The notes below the pieces were generated by a model. That model was not told where the DNA came from, did not search any database, and worked only from the letters and a program-made list of their open reading frames with translations. 64,000 bases of DNA from the human T2T-CHM13v2.0 reference genome, Homo sapiens, in the NCBI RefSeq assembly GCF_009914755.1, contig NC_060948.1; one strand, given 5' to 3'. How positions within the stretch are numbered: the stretch's first letter is position 1; each line of letters opens with the position of its first letter. Shown piece by piece: positions 14,150 through 28,328 of this stretch. Both the position numbers and the translations under genes were made by a program.

Positions 14150-17100
14150 ATGCCCTTGAATTAAATGGACTGGAATGGAATGGACTCAAAGAGAGTGGAA
14201 TGGAAAGTGTTGAAATAGAATGGAATGGACTCGTTTGGAATGGTCTAGTATGCAATGCAATCGACTGGCAGGGAATCAAGAGGAATGTAATCGAATGGAT
14301 TGGACTGGAATGCAATGGACTCGAATAGATTGGAAACGGAATGCAAAGGAATGGAATGGAATAGTATGGAATGGAATGAAAGGAATGGAGTGGAATAGAC
14401 TAGAGTGGAATGGAATGGACTCGAAAGCAATGGACTGGAATGGAACTTTCTTGAATGGACTGGAATCAAACGGAATGGAATGCAATGCAATCAAATGGCA
14501 TGGAATAAAATAGAATGAAAGAGAATCAAATGGAATTGAATCGAATGGAATCGAATGGATTGGAAAGGAATAGAATGGAATGGAATGGAATTGACTCAAA
14601 TGGAATGGACTAGAATGGAATGGATTCGAATGGAAGGCAAAGGAATGGAATCTATTGGAATGGACTGTAATGGAATGGAATGGAAGGGATTGGAATGGAC
14701 TCGAATGGAATGGACTGCAATAGAAAGGATTCGAATGGAATGAAAAAGAATTGAATGGAATAGAACAGAATGGAATCAAATCGAATGAAATGGAATGGAA
14801 GAGAAAGGAATGGAATGAAATGGAATGGAAAGGATTCGAATGGAATGCAATCGAATGGAATGCAATCGAATGGAATGGAATCGAACGGAATGGAATAAAA
14901 TGGAAGAAAACTGGCAAGAAATGGAATCGAAATGAATGGAGTGTTATGGAACGGACTCAAAAGGAATTGAATGTAATAGAATGGAGTGGAGTGGACTCGA
15001 ATATAATGGACTGGAATGGAATGAAATCACATGGAATGGGAACGAATGGAATGGAATGGAAAGGAATGGAATGGAAAGGAATGGAATCGAATGGAAAGGA
15101 ATCGAATGGAAGGGAATGAAATTGAATCAACAGGAATGGAAGGAAGTAGAATAGACGGTAATGGAATGGACTCGAATAGAATGGACACGAATGCTCAAAT
15201 TGAATGGACTCGAATGGAATGGAAACGAAAGGAATGTCGTCGAATGGAATTGAATCGATTGGAATGAAATCGCATAGAATGCAGTGGAATCAAATGGAAT
15301 TGAATCGAAAGGAAAGGAAGCGAATGGTCTGAAATGAAATGGAATGGAATTGAATGGAAAGTAATGCAAGGGAATAGAATGGAACGAAATTTCACGGAAT
15401 GGAATCAAACTGAATGGAATCAAATCAATGGAACATAATCAAATGGCATGGAAAGGAATTGAATGGAGTAGATTGGATTGGATGGGATTGGAATGAAATG
15501 TACTGGAAAGGACTCGAATTTCATGAAATGGAATGGAATGAACTGGAACGGAATGGACTCGAATGGAATGGAATGTCATGGAATGGCATCAAATGGAATG
15601 GCATCAAATGGAATGGAATCGAATGCAATGGAATGTTATGGAATGGAATGGAATGCATTGGAATGGAATGTCCCCTAATGGAATGGATTCGAGTGGAATG
15701 GAATCGAATATAATGGAGTCGAATGAAATGGAATTGAAAGGAAAAGGATCGAATACAATGGAATATACTGGAATGTAATGTAATGAACTCGAATGTAATT
15801 GACTAGAATGGAATGTACATGAATGGAATGTAATCGAATGGAAAATAATCTCATGGAATAGAATCTAATGCAATAAAATCGACTCAAATAGAATAGAATG
15901 GAATGGAATGGAGTGCAGTGCAATGGAATGGAATGGAATGGAATGCAATGGAATGGAATGGAATGGGATGGAATGGTATGGGATGGATAGAAATGGACTG
16001 GAGTGAAATGGACTGGAAAGTAATGGACTCAAATTGAAAGACCTCGAAAGAATGGAGTCAAATGGAATGGTCTGGAATGGAATGAACACGAATGTAATGC
16101 AATCCAATAGAATGGAATCGAATGGCATGGAATATAAAGAAATGGAATCGAAGAGAATGGAAACGAATGGAATGGAATTGAATGGAATGGAATTGAATGG
16201 AATGGGAACGAATGGAGTGAAATTGTATGCAGTAGAAGAGAATAGAATGGAATGCAAGCGAAATTAAAGGAATGGATTGGAATGGAATGGATTTCATTGG
16301 AATGGAAGGGAATGTATTGCAATGGACAGGCCTTTAATAAAGTGGAATGCTACGGTCTCGAATGGAATAAAAATGTATGGAATGGAATTCAATGAAACGG
16401 AATCGAATGTCATAGAATGTAATGGAATGCAAAAAAATGGAATCCAAAATCATTGACTGGAAAGGCTGGGTGTCGAAAGGAATTGACTCCAATGGAATGA
16501 AATCGAATGGAATGGAAGTGAATAGAATCGAAGTAAATCGAATGGAATGGAATTGTTAGGAACGGAATGGAAAGGAGTGCAATGATTTGGCATGGAATGG
16601 AATCGAATGGCATTGAATGGAGTGGAATGGAATGCAATGGAATGGAATGTATTAGAATGTAATGAACATTAATGGAATGTACTCGAATGGATTCGACTGG
16701 AATGGAATGTTCTGGAAGTGAATGGACTCCAATGGAATGGATTCGAAAGGAATGGAATCTAATGGAATGGAATTAAATGGAAACGAATCAAATTGAATAG
16801 CACGGAATTGAATTGAATGGAATCGAATGCAATGGAATCTAATGAAATGGAAAGGAAAGGAATGGAATGGAATGGAATGGGCTGGAGTTGAATGGAATCG
16901 ATACGAATGGAATGGAATAGAACTGAAGAGACTGGAATGGAATTCACTGGAATGGAAGGGAGTGTAATGGAAGGATCTCGAAAAAAATGGAATCGAATGG
17001 AATGGAATTGAATGGAACGGAATAGAGTCGAATTGAATTCAATGGAATTGAATGGACTAGAGTGAAATGGAATCGAACCACAAGGAATGGAGAGGAATAG

Positions 17101-17696
17101 AATGGTCTCGAATTGAATGGAATCGTATGGAATGACATCAAACGGAATGGAATGGACAGCCACGGAATGGAATGCACTCGAATGCAATGGAGTCGAAACT
17201 AATGGACTGGAATAGAATGGACTCGACTGGTACGGACTCCAATGGAATGGAATCGAAAGGAAGGGAATCGAACGGAATGGACTCGAAGGGAAAAGACTGC
17301 AATGGAAAGGTCTCGAATGGAATGGAAATTAATGGAATGGAATGGAATCGAATGAAATGGAGTCAAAAGGAATGGAATCGAATGGCAAGAAATCGAATGT
17401 AATGGAATCGCAAGGAATTGATGTGAACGGAACGGAATGGAATGGAATCCAAAGGAATGGAATAGAATGGAATGGAATCGAATGGAAAGGACTCGAATGG
17501 AAATCACTCGAATAGAATGCAATTTAATAAAATAGGATCAAATGTAATGGAATGGAATGGAAAGGAATCGAAACGAAAGGAATGGAGACAGATGGAATGG
17601 AATGGAACAGAGAGCAATGGTATAGAATGGAATGGAATCATCTGGAATGGAATTGAATGGAATGGAATAACATGAAATGGAATGGAATGGAATGGA
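14150..17696 (+). repeat. DYZ1 unit 5 (3547 bp), most diverged copy
   Basis: Many private substitutions; canonical EcoRI site changed to GATTTC (16290-16295). Confidence 0.9.
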
Positions 17697-20600
17697 ATGC
17701 CCTTGAATTAAATGGACTGGAATGGAATGGACTCGAACAGAGTGTAATGGAAAGTGTTGAAATAGAATGGAATGGACTCCTTTGGAATGGTCTAGTATGC
17801 AATGCAATCGACTGGCAGGGAATCAAAAGGAATGTAATGGAATGGATTGGACTGGAATGCAATGGACTCGAATAGATTGGAAACGGAATGCAAAGGAATG
17901 GAATGGAATAGTATGGAATGGAATGGAAAGGAATGGAGTGGAATAGACTAGAGTGGAATGGAATGGACTGGAAAGCAATGGACTGGAATGGAACTTTCTT
18001 GAATGGACTGGAATCAAACGGAATGGAATGCAATGCAATCAAATGGCATGGAATAAAATGGAATGAAAGGGAATCAAATGGAATTGAATCGAATGGAATC
18101 GAATGGATTGGAAAGGAATAGAATGGAATGGAATGGAATTGACACAAATGGAATGGACTAGAATGGAATAGATTCGAATGGAAGGCAAAGGAATGGAATC
18201 TATTGGAATGGACTGTAATGGAATGGAATGGAAGGGATTGGAATGGACTCGAATGGAATGGACTGCAATAGAAAGGATTCGAATGGAATGAAAAAGAATT
18301 GAATGGAATAGAACAGAATGGAATCAAATCGAATGAAATGGAATGGAATAGAAAGGAATGGAATGAAATGGAATGGAAAGGATTCGAATGGAATGCAATC
18401 GAATGGAATGGAATCGAACGGAATGGAATAAAATGGAAGAAAACTGGCAAGAAATGGAATCGAAATGAATGGAGTGTTATGGAACGGACTCAAAAGGAAT
18501 TGAATGTAATAGAATGGAGTGGAGTGGACTCGAATATAATGGACTGGAATGGAATGAAATCACATGGAATGGGAACGAATGGAATGGAATGGAAAGGAAT
18601 GGAATCGAATGGAAAGGAATCGAATGGAAGGGAATGAAATTGAATCAACAGGAATGGAAGGGAATAGAATAGACGGTAATGGAATGGACTCGAATAGAAT
18701 GGACACGAATGCTCAAATTGAATGGACTCGAATGGAATGGAAACGAAAGGAATGTCATCGAATGGAATTGAATCGATTGGAATGAAATCGCATAGAATGG
18801 AGTGGAATCAAATGGAATTGAATCGAAAGGAAAGGAAGCGAATGGACTGAAATGAAATGGAATGGAATTGAATGGAAAGTAATGCAATGGAATAGAATGG
18901 AACGAAATTTCACGGAATGGAATCAAATCAATGGAATCAAATCAAATGGAATGGAAAGGAATAGAATGGAGTAGATTGGATTGGATGGGATTGGAATGAA
19001 ATGTACTGGAAAGGACTCGAATTTCATGAAACGGAATGGAATGAATTGGAACGGAATGGACTCGAATGGAATGGAATGTCATGGAATGGCATCAAATGGA
19101 ATGGCATCAAATGGAATGGAATCGAATGCAATGGAATGCTATGGAATGGAATGGAATGCACTGGAATGGAATGTCCTCTAATGGAATGGATTCGAGTGGA
19201 ATGGAATCGAATATAATGGAGTCAAATGAAATGGAATTGAAAGGAATGGGATCGAATACAATGGAATATACTGGAATGTAATGTAATGAACTCGAATGTA
19301 ATTGACTGGAATGGAATGTACATGAATGGAATGTAATCGAATGGAAAGTAATCCAATGGAATAGAATCTAATGCAATAAAATCGACTCAGATAGAGTAGA
19401 ATGTAATGGAATGGAGTGCAGTGCAATGGAATGGAACGGAATGGAATGGAATGCAATGGAATGGAATGGAATGGAATGGAATGGGATGGAATGGGATGGA
19501 ATGGTATGGAATGGATAGTAATGGACTGGAGTGAAATGGACTGGAAAGGAATGGACTCAAATTGAAAGGGCTCGAAAGGAATGGAGTCAAATGGAATGGT
19601 CTGGAATGGAATGAACACGAATGTAATGCAATCCAATAGAATGGAATCGAATGGCATGGAATATAAAGAAATGGAATCGAAGAGAATGGAAACAAATGGA
19701 ATGGAATTGAATGGAATGGAATTGAATGGAATGGGAACGAACTGAGTGAAATTGTATGCAGTAGAAGGGAATAGAATGGAATGCAAGCGAAAGTAAAGGA
19801 ATGGATTGGAATGGAATGGAATTCATTGGAATGGAAGGGAATGTAGTGTAATGGACAGGCCTGGAATAAAGTGGAATGCTACGGTCTCGAATGGAATAAA
19901 AATGTATGGAATGGAATGCAATGAAACGGAATCGAATGTCATAGAATGTAATGGAATGCAAAAAAATGGAATCCAAAATCATTGACTGGAAAGGCTGGGT
20001 GTCGAAAGGAATTGACTCCAATGGAATGGAATCAAATGGAATGGAAGTGAATAGAATCGAACTAAATCGAATGGAATGGAATTGATAGGAACGGAATGGA
20101 AAGGAATGCAATGATTTGGCATGGAATGGAATCGAATGGCATCGAATGGAATGGAATGGAATGCAATGGAATGGAATGTATTAGAATGTAATGAACTTTA
20201 ATGGAATGTACTCGAATGGATTCGACTGGAATGGAATGTTCTGGAAGTGAATGGACTCCAATGGAATGGATTCAAAAGGAATGGAATCGTACGGAATGGA
20301 ATCTAATGGAATGGAATTAAATGGAAAAGAATCAAATTGAATAGCACGGAATTGAATTGAATGGAATCGAATGCAATGGAATCTAATGAAACGGAAAGGA
20401 AAGGAATGGAATGGAATGGAATGGGCTGGAATGGAAAGGAATCGAAACGAATGGAATGGAATCGAACTGAAGAGACTGGAATGGAATGCACTGGAATGGA
20501 AGGGAGTGTAATGGAAGGTTCTCGAAAAAAATGGAATCGAATGGAATGGAATTGAATGGAACGGAATAGAGTCGAATGGAATTGAATGGAATGGAATGGA

Positions 20601-21245
20601 CTAGAGTGAAATGGAATCGAACCACAAGGAATGGACAGGAATAGAATGGTCTCGAATTGAATGGAATCGTATGGAATGGCATCAAACGGAAAGGAATGGA
20701 CAGCCACGGAATGGAATGCACTCGAATGCAATGGAGTCGAAACTAATGGACTGGAATAGAATGGACTCGACTGGTACGGACTCCAATGGAATGGAATCGA
20801 ATGGAAGGGAATCGATCGGAATGGACTCGAAGGGAAAAGACTGCAATGGAAAGGTCTCGAATGGAATGGAAATTAATGGAATGGAATGGAATCGAATGAA
20901 ATGGAGTCAAAAGGAATGGAATCGAATGGCAAGAAATCGAATGTAATGGATTCGCAAGGAATTGATGTGAACGGAATGGAATGGAATGGAATCCAAAGGA
21001 ATGGAATAGAATGGAATGGAATCGAATGGAAAGGACTCGAATGGAAATCACTCGAATAGAATGCAATTTAATAAAATAGGATCAAATGTAATGGAATGGA
21101 ATGGAAAGGAATCGAAACGAAAGGAATGGAGACAGATGGAATGGAATGGTACAGAGAGCAATGGTATAGAATGGAATGGAATCATCTGGAATGGAATTGA
21201 ATGGAATGGAATAATATGAAATCGAATGGAATGGAATGGAATGGA
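17697..21245 (+). repeat. DYZ1 unit 6 (3549 bp)
   Basis: Anchor to anchor; 15-bp deletion of AAACTGAATGGAATC near 18925. Confidence 0.92.
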
Positions 21246-24200
21246 ATGCCCTTGAATTAAATGGACTGGAATGGAATGGACTCCAACAGAGTGGAATGGA
21301 AAGTGTTGAGATAGAATGGAATGGACTCCTTTGGAATGGTGTAGTATGCAATGCAATCGACTGGCAGGGAATCAAAAGGAATGTAATCGAATGGATTGGA
21401 CTGGAATGCAATGGACTCGAATAGATTGGAAACGGAATGCAAAGGAATGGAATGGAATAGTATGGAATGGAATGGAAAGGAATGGAGTGGAATAGACTAG
21501 AGTGGAATTGAATGGACTGGAAAGCAATGGACTGGAATGGAACTTTCTTGAAAGGACTGGAATCAAACGGAATGGAATGCAATGCAATCAAATGGCATGG
21601 AATAAAATAGAATGAAAGAGAATCAAATGGAATTGAATCGAATGGAATCGAATGGATTGGAAAGGATTAGAATGGAATGGAATGGAATTGACTCAAATGG
21701 AATGGACTAGAATGGAATGGATTCGAATGGAAGGCAAAGGAATGGAATCTATTGGAATGGACTGTAATTGAATGGAATGGAAGGGATTGGAATGGACTCG
21801 AATGGAATGGACTGCAATAGAAAGGATTCGAATGGAATGAAAAAGAATTGAATGGAATAGAACAGATTGGAATCAAATCGAATGAAATGGAATGGAATAG
21901 AAAGGAATGGAATGAAATGGAATGGAAAGGATTCGAATGGAATGCAATCGAATGGAATGGAATCGAACGGAATGGAATAAAATGGAAGAAAACTGGCAAG
22001 AAATGGAATCGAAATGAATGGAGTGTTATGGAACGGACTCAAAAGGAATTGAATATAATAGAATGGAGTGGAGTGGACTCGAATATAATGGACTGGAATG
22101 GAATGAAATCACATGGAATGGGAACGAATGGAATGGAATGGAAAGGAATGGAATCGAATGGAAAGGAATCGAATAGAAGGGAATTAAATTGAATCAACAG
22201 GAATGGAAGGGAATAGAATAGACGGTAATGGAATGGACTCGAATAGAATGGACACGAATGCTCAAATTGAATGGACACGAATGGAATGGAAACGAAAGGA
22301 ATGTCATCGAATGGAATTGAATCGATTGGAATGAAATCGCATAGAATGGAGTGGAATCAAATGGAATTGAATCGAAAGGAAAGGAAGCGAATGGACTGAA
22401 ATGAAATGGAATGGAATTGAATGGAAAGTAATGCAATGGAATAGAATGGAACGAAATTTCACGGAATGGAATCAAACTGAATGGAATCAAATCAATGGAA
22501 TCAAATCAAATGGAATGGAAAGGAATTGAATGGAGTAGATTGGATTGGATGGGATTGGAATGAAATGTACTGGAAAGGACTCGAATTTCATGAAACGGAA
22601 TGGAATGAATTGGAACGGAATGGACTCGAATGGAATGGAATGTCATGGAATGGCATCAAATGGAATGGCATCAAATGGAATGGAATCGAATGCAATGGAA
22701 TGCTATGGAATGGAATGGAATGCATTGGAATGGAATGTCCTCTAATGGAATGGATTCGAGTGGAATGGAATCGAATATAATGGAGTCAAATGAAATGGAA
22801 TTGAAAGGAATGGGATCGAATAGAATGGAATATACTGGAATGTAATGTAATGAACTCGAATGTAATTGACTGGAATGGAATGTACATGAATGGAATGTAA
22901 TCGAATGGAAAGTAATCCAATGGAATAGAATCTAATGCAATAAAATCGACTCAGATAGAGTAGAATGTAATGGAATGGAGTGCAGTGCAATGGAATAGAA
23001 TGGAATGGAATGCAATGGAATGGAATGGAATGGAATGGAATGGAATGGAATGGAATGGAATGGGATGGGATGGAATGGTATGGAATGGATAGTAATGAAC
23101 TGGAGTGAAATGGACTGGAAAGGAATGGAGTCAAATTGAAAGGGCTCGAAAGGAATGGAGTCAAATGGAATAGTCTGGAATGGAATGAACACGAATGTAA
23201 TGCAATCCAATAGAATGGAATCGAATGGCATGGAATATAAAGAAATGGAATCGAAGAGAATGGAAACAAATGGAATGGAATTGAATGGAATGGAATTGAA
23301 TGGAATGGGAACGAATTGAGTGAAATTGTATGCAGTAGAAGGGAATAGAATGGAATGCAAGCGAAAGGAAAGGAATGGATTGGAATGGAATGGAATTCAT
23401 TGGAATGGAAGGGAATGTAGTGTAATGGACAGGCCTGGAATAAAGTGGAATGCTACGGTCTCGAACGGAATAAAAATGTATGGAATGGAATGCAATGAAA
23501 CGGAATCGAATGTCATAGAATGTAATGGAATGCAAAAAAATGGAATCCAAAATCATTGACTGGAAAGGCTGGGTGTCGAAAGGAATTGACTCCAATGGAA
23601 TGGAATCGAATGGAATGGAAGTGAATAGAATCGAACTAAATCGAATGGAATGGAATTGATAGGAACGGAATGGAAAGGAATGCAATGATTTGGCATGGAA
23701 TGGAATCGAATGGCATCGAATGGAATGGAATGGAATGCAATGGAATGGAATGTATTAGAATGTAATGAACTTTAATGGAATGTACTCGAATGGATTCGAC
23801 TGGAATGGAATGTTCTGGAAGTGAATGTACTCCAATTGAATGGATTCGAAAGGAATGGAATCTAATGGAATGGAATTAAATGGAAATGAATCAAATTGAA
23901 TAGAACGGAATTGAATTGAATGGAATCGAATGCAATGGAATCTAATGAAACGGAAAGGAAAGGAATGGAATGGATTGGAATGGAATGGGCTGGAATGGAA
24001 TGGAATCGAAACGAATGGAATGGAATCGAACTGAAGAGACTGGAATGGAATGCACTGGAATGGAAGGGAATGTAATGGAAGGTTCTCGAAAAAAATGGAA
24101 TCGAAAGGAATGGAATTGAATGGAACGGAATAGAGTCGAATGGAATTCAATGGAATGGAATGGACTAGAGTGAAATGGAATCGAACCACAAGGAATGGAC

Positions 24201-24799
24201 AGGAATAGAATGGTCTCGAATTGAATGGAATCGTATGGAATGGCATCAAACGGAATGGAATGGACAGCCACGGAATGGAATGCACTCGAATGCAATGGAG
24301 TCGACACTAATGGACTGGAATAGAATGGACTCGACTGGTACGGACTCCAATGGAATGGAATCGAATGGAAGGGAATCGAACGGAATGGACTCGAAGGGAA
24401 AAGACTGCAATGGAAAGGTCTCGAATGGAATGGAAATTAATGGAATGGAATGGAATCGAATGAAATGGAGTCAAAAGGAATGGAATCGAATGGCAAGAAA
24501 TCAAATGTAATGGAATCGCAAGGAATTGATGTGAACGGAACGGAATGGAATGGAATCGAAAGGGATGGAATGGAATCGAATGGAAAGGACTCGAATGGAA
24601 ATCACTCGAATAGAATGCAATTTAATAAAATAGGATCAAATGTAATGGAATGGAATGGAAAGGAATCGAAACGAAAGGAATGGAGACAGATGGAATGGAA
24701 TGGAACAGAGAGCAATGGTATAGAATGGAATGGAATCATCTGGAATGGAATTGAATGGAATGGAATAATATGAAATGGAATGGAATGGAATGGAATGGA
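21246..24799 (+). repeat. DYZ1 unit 7 (3554 bp)
   Basis: Anchor to anchor; middle shares variants with unit 6, later part with unit 4. Confidence 0.92.
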
Positions 24800-27700
24800 A
24801 TGCCCTTGAATTAAATGGACCGGACTCGAACAGAGTGGAATGGAAAGTGTTGAGATAGAATGGAATGGACTCCTTTGGAATGGTGTAGTATGCAATGCAA
24901 TCGACTGGCAGGGAATCAAAAGGAATGTAATGGAATGGATTGGACTGGAATGCAATGGACTCGAATAGATTGGAAACGGAATGCAAAGGAATAGAATGGA
25001 ATAGTATGGAATGGAATGGAAAGGAATGGAGTGGAATAGACTAGAGTGGAATGGAATGGACTGGAAAGCAATGGACTGGAATGGAACTTTCTTGAATGGA
25101 CTGGAATCAAACGGAATGGAATGCAATGCAATCAAATGGCATGGAATAAAATAGAATGAAAGAGAATCAAATGGAATTGAATCGAATGGAATCGAATGGA
25201 TTGGAAAGGAATAGAATGGAATGGAATGGAATTGACTCAAATGGAATGGACTAGAATGGAATGGATTCGAATGGAAGGCAAAGGAATGGAATCTATTGGA
25301 ATGGACTGTAATGGAATGGAATGGAAGGGATTGGAATGGACTCGAATGGAATGGACTGCAATAGAAAGGACTCGAATGGAATGAAAAAGAATTGAATGGA
25401 ATAGAACAGAATGGAATCAAATCGAATGAAATGGAATGGAAGAGAAAGGAATGGAATGAAATGGAATGGAAAGGATTCGAATGGAATGCAATCGAATGGA
25501 ATGGAATCGAACGGAATGGAATAAAATGGAAGAAAACTGGCAAGAAATGGAATCGAAAGGAATGGAGTGTTATGGAACGGACTCAAAAGGAATTGAATGT
25601 AATAGAATGGAGTGGAGTGGACTCGAATATAATGGACTGGAATGGAATGAAATCACATGGAATGGGAACGAATGGAATGGAATGGAAAGGAATGGAATCG
25701 AATGGAAAGGAATCGAATGGAAGGGAATGAAATTGAATCAACAGGAATGGAAGGGAATAGAATAGACGGTAATGGAATGGACTCGAATAGAATGGACACG
25801 AATGCTCAAATTGAATGGACTCGAATGGAATGGAAACGAAAGGAATGTCATCGAATGGAATTGAATAGATTGGAATGAAATGGCATAGAATGGAGTGGAA
25901 TCAAATGGAATTGAATCGAAAGGAAAGGAAGCGAATGGACTGAAATGAAATGGAATGGAATTGAATGGAAAGTAATGCAATGGAATAGAATGGAACGAAA
26001 TTTCACGGAATGGAATCAAACTGAATGGAATCAAATCAATGGAATCTAATCAAATTTAATGGAAAGGAATTGAATGGAATACATTGGATTGGATGGGATT
26101 AGAATGAAATGTACTGGAAAGGACTCGAATTTCATGAAACGGAATGGAATGAATTGGAACGGAATGGACTCGAATGGAATGGAATGTCATGGAATGGCAT
26201 CAAACGGAATGGCATCAAATGGAATGGAATCGAATGCAATGGAATGCTATGGAATGGAATGGAATGCATTGGAATGGAATGTCCTCTAATGGAATGGATT
26301 CGAGTGGAATGGAATCGAATATAATGGAGTCGAATGAAATGGAATTGAAAGCAATGGGATCGAATACAATGGAATATACTGGAATGTAATGTAATGAACT
26401 CGAATGTAATTGACTGGAATGGAATGTACATGAATGGAATGTAATCGAATGGAAAGTAATCCAATGGAATAGAATCTAATGCAATAAAATCGACTCAGAT
26501 AGAGTAGAATGTAATGGAATGGAGTGCAGTGCAATGCAATTGAATGGAATGGAATGCAATGGAATGGAATGGAATGGAATGGAATGGAATGGGATGGAAT
26601 GGTATGGAATGGATAGTAATGGACTGGAGTGAAATGGACTGGAAAGGAATGGACTCAAATTGAAAGGGCTCGAAAGGAATGGAGTCAAATGGAATGGTCT
26701 GGAATGGAATGAACACGAATGTAATGCAATCCAATAGAATGGAATCGAATGGCATGGAATATAAAGAAATGGAATCGAAGAGAATGGAAACAAATGGAAT
26801 GGAATTGAATGGAATGGGAACGAATGGAGTGAAATTGTATGCAGTAGAAGAGAATAGAATGGAATGCAAGCGAAAGGAAAGGAATGGATTGGAATGGAAT
26901 GGAATTCATTGGAATGGAAGGGAATGTAGTGTAATGGACAGGCCTGGAATAAAGTGGAATGCTACGGTCTCGAATGGAATAAAAATGTATGGAATGGAAT
27001 GCAATGAAACGGAATCGAATGTCATAGAATGTAATGGAATGCAAAAAAATGGAATCCAAAATCATTGACTGGAAAGGCTGGGTGTCGAAAGGAATTGACT
27101 CCAATGGAATGGAATCGAATGGAATGGAAGTGAATAGAATCGAACTAAATCGAATGGAATGGAATTGATAGGAACGGAATGGAAAGGAATGCAATGATTT
27201 GGCATGGAATGGAATCGAATGGCATCGAATGGAATGGAATGGAATGCAATGGAATGGAATGTATTAGAATGTAATGAACTTTAATGGAATGTACTCGAAT
27301 GGATTCGACTGGAATGGAATGTTCTGGAAGTGAATGGACTCCAATGGAATGGATTCAAAAGGAATGGAATCGTACGGAATGGAATCTAATGGAATGGAAT
27401 TAAATGGAAATGAATCAAATTGAATAGCACGGAATTGAATTGAATGGAATGCAATGCAATGGAATCTAATGAAACGGAAAGGAAAGGAATGGAATGGAAT
27501 GGAATGGACTGGAATGGAAAGGAATCGAAACGAATGGAATGGAATCGAACTGAAGAGACTGGAATGGAATGCACTGGAATGGAAGGGAGTGTAATGGAAG
27601 GTTCTCGAAAAAAATGCCATCGAATGGAATGGAATTGAATGGAACGGAATAGAGTCGAATGGAATTGAATGGAATGGAATGGACTAGAGTGAAATGGAAT

Positions 27701-28328
27701 CGAACCACAAGGAATGGACAGGAATAGAATGGTCTCGAATTGAATGGAATCGTATGGAATGGCATCAAACGGAATGGAATGGACAGCCACGGAATGGAAT
27801 GCACTCGAATGCAATGGAGTCGAAACTAATAGACTGGAATAGAATGGACTCGACTGGTACGGAATCCAATGGAATGGAATCGAATGGAAGGGAATCGAAC
27901 GGAATGGACTCGAAGGGAAAAGACTGCAATGGAAAGGTCTCGAATGGAATGGAAATTAATGGAATGGAATGGAATCGAATGAAATGGAGTCAAAAGGAAT
28001 GGAATCGAATGGCAAGAAATCGAATGTAATGGAATCGCAAGGAATTGATGTGAACGGAATGGAATGGAATGGAATCCAAAGGAATGGAATAGAATGGAAT
28101 GGAATCGAATGGAAAGGACTCGAATGGAAATCACTCGAATAGAATGCAATTTAATAAAATAGGATCAAATGTAATGGAATGGAATGGAAAGCAATCGAAA
28201 CGAAAGGAATGGAGACAGATGGAATGGAATAGAACAGAGAGCAATGGTATAGAATGGAATGGAATCATCTGGAATGGAATTGAATGGAATGGAATAATAT
28301 GAAATGGAATGGAATGGAATGGAATGGA
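24800..28328 (+). repeat. DYZ1 unit 8 (3529 bp), type A
   Basis: Anchor to anchor; short CCGG start; tail variants shared with unit 1. Confidence 0.92.
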
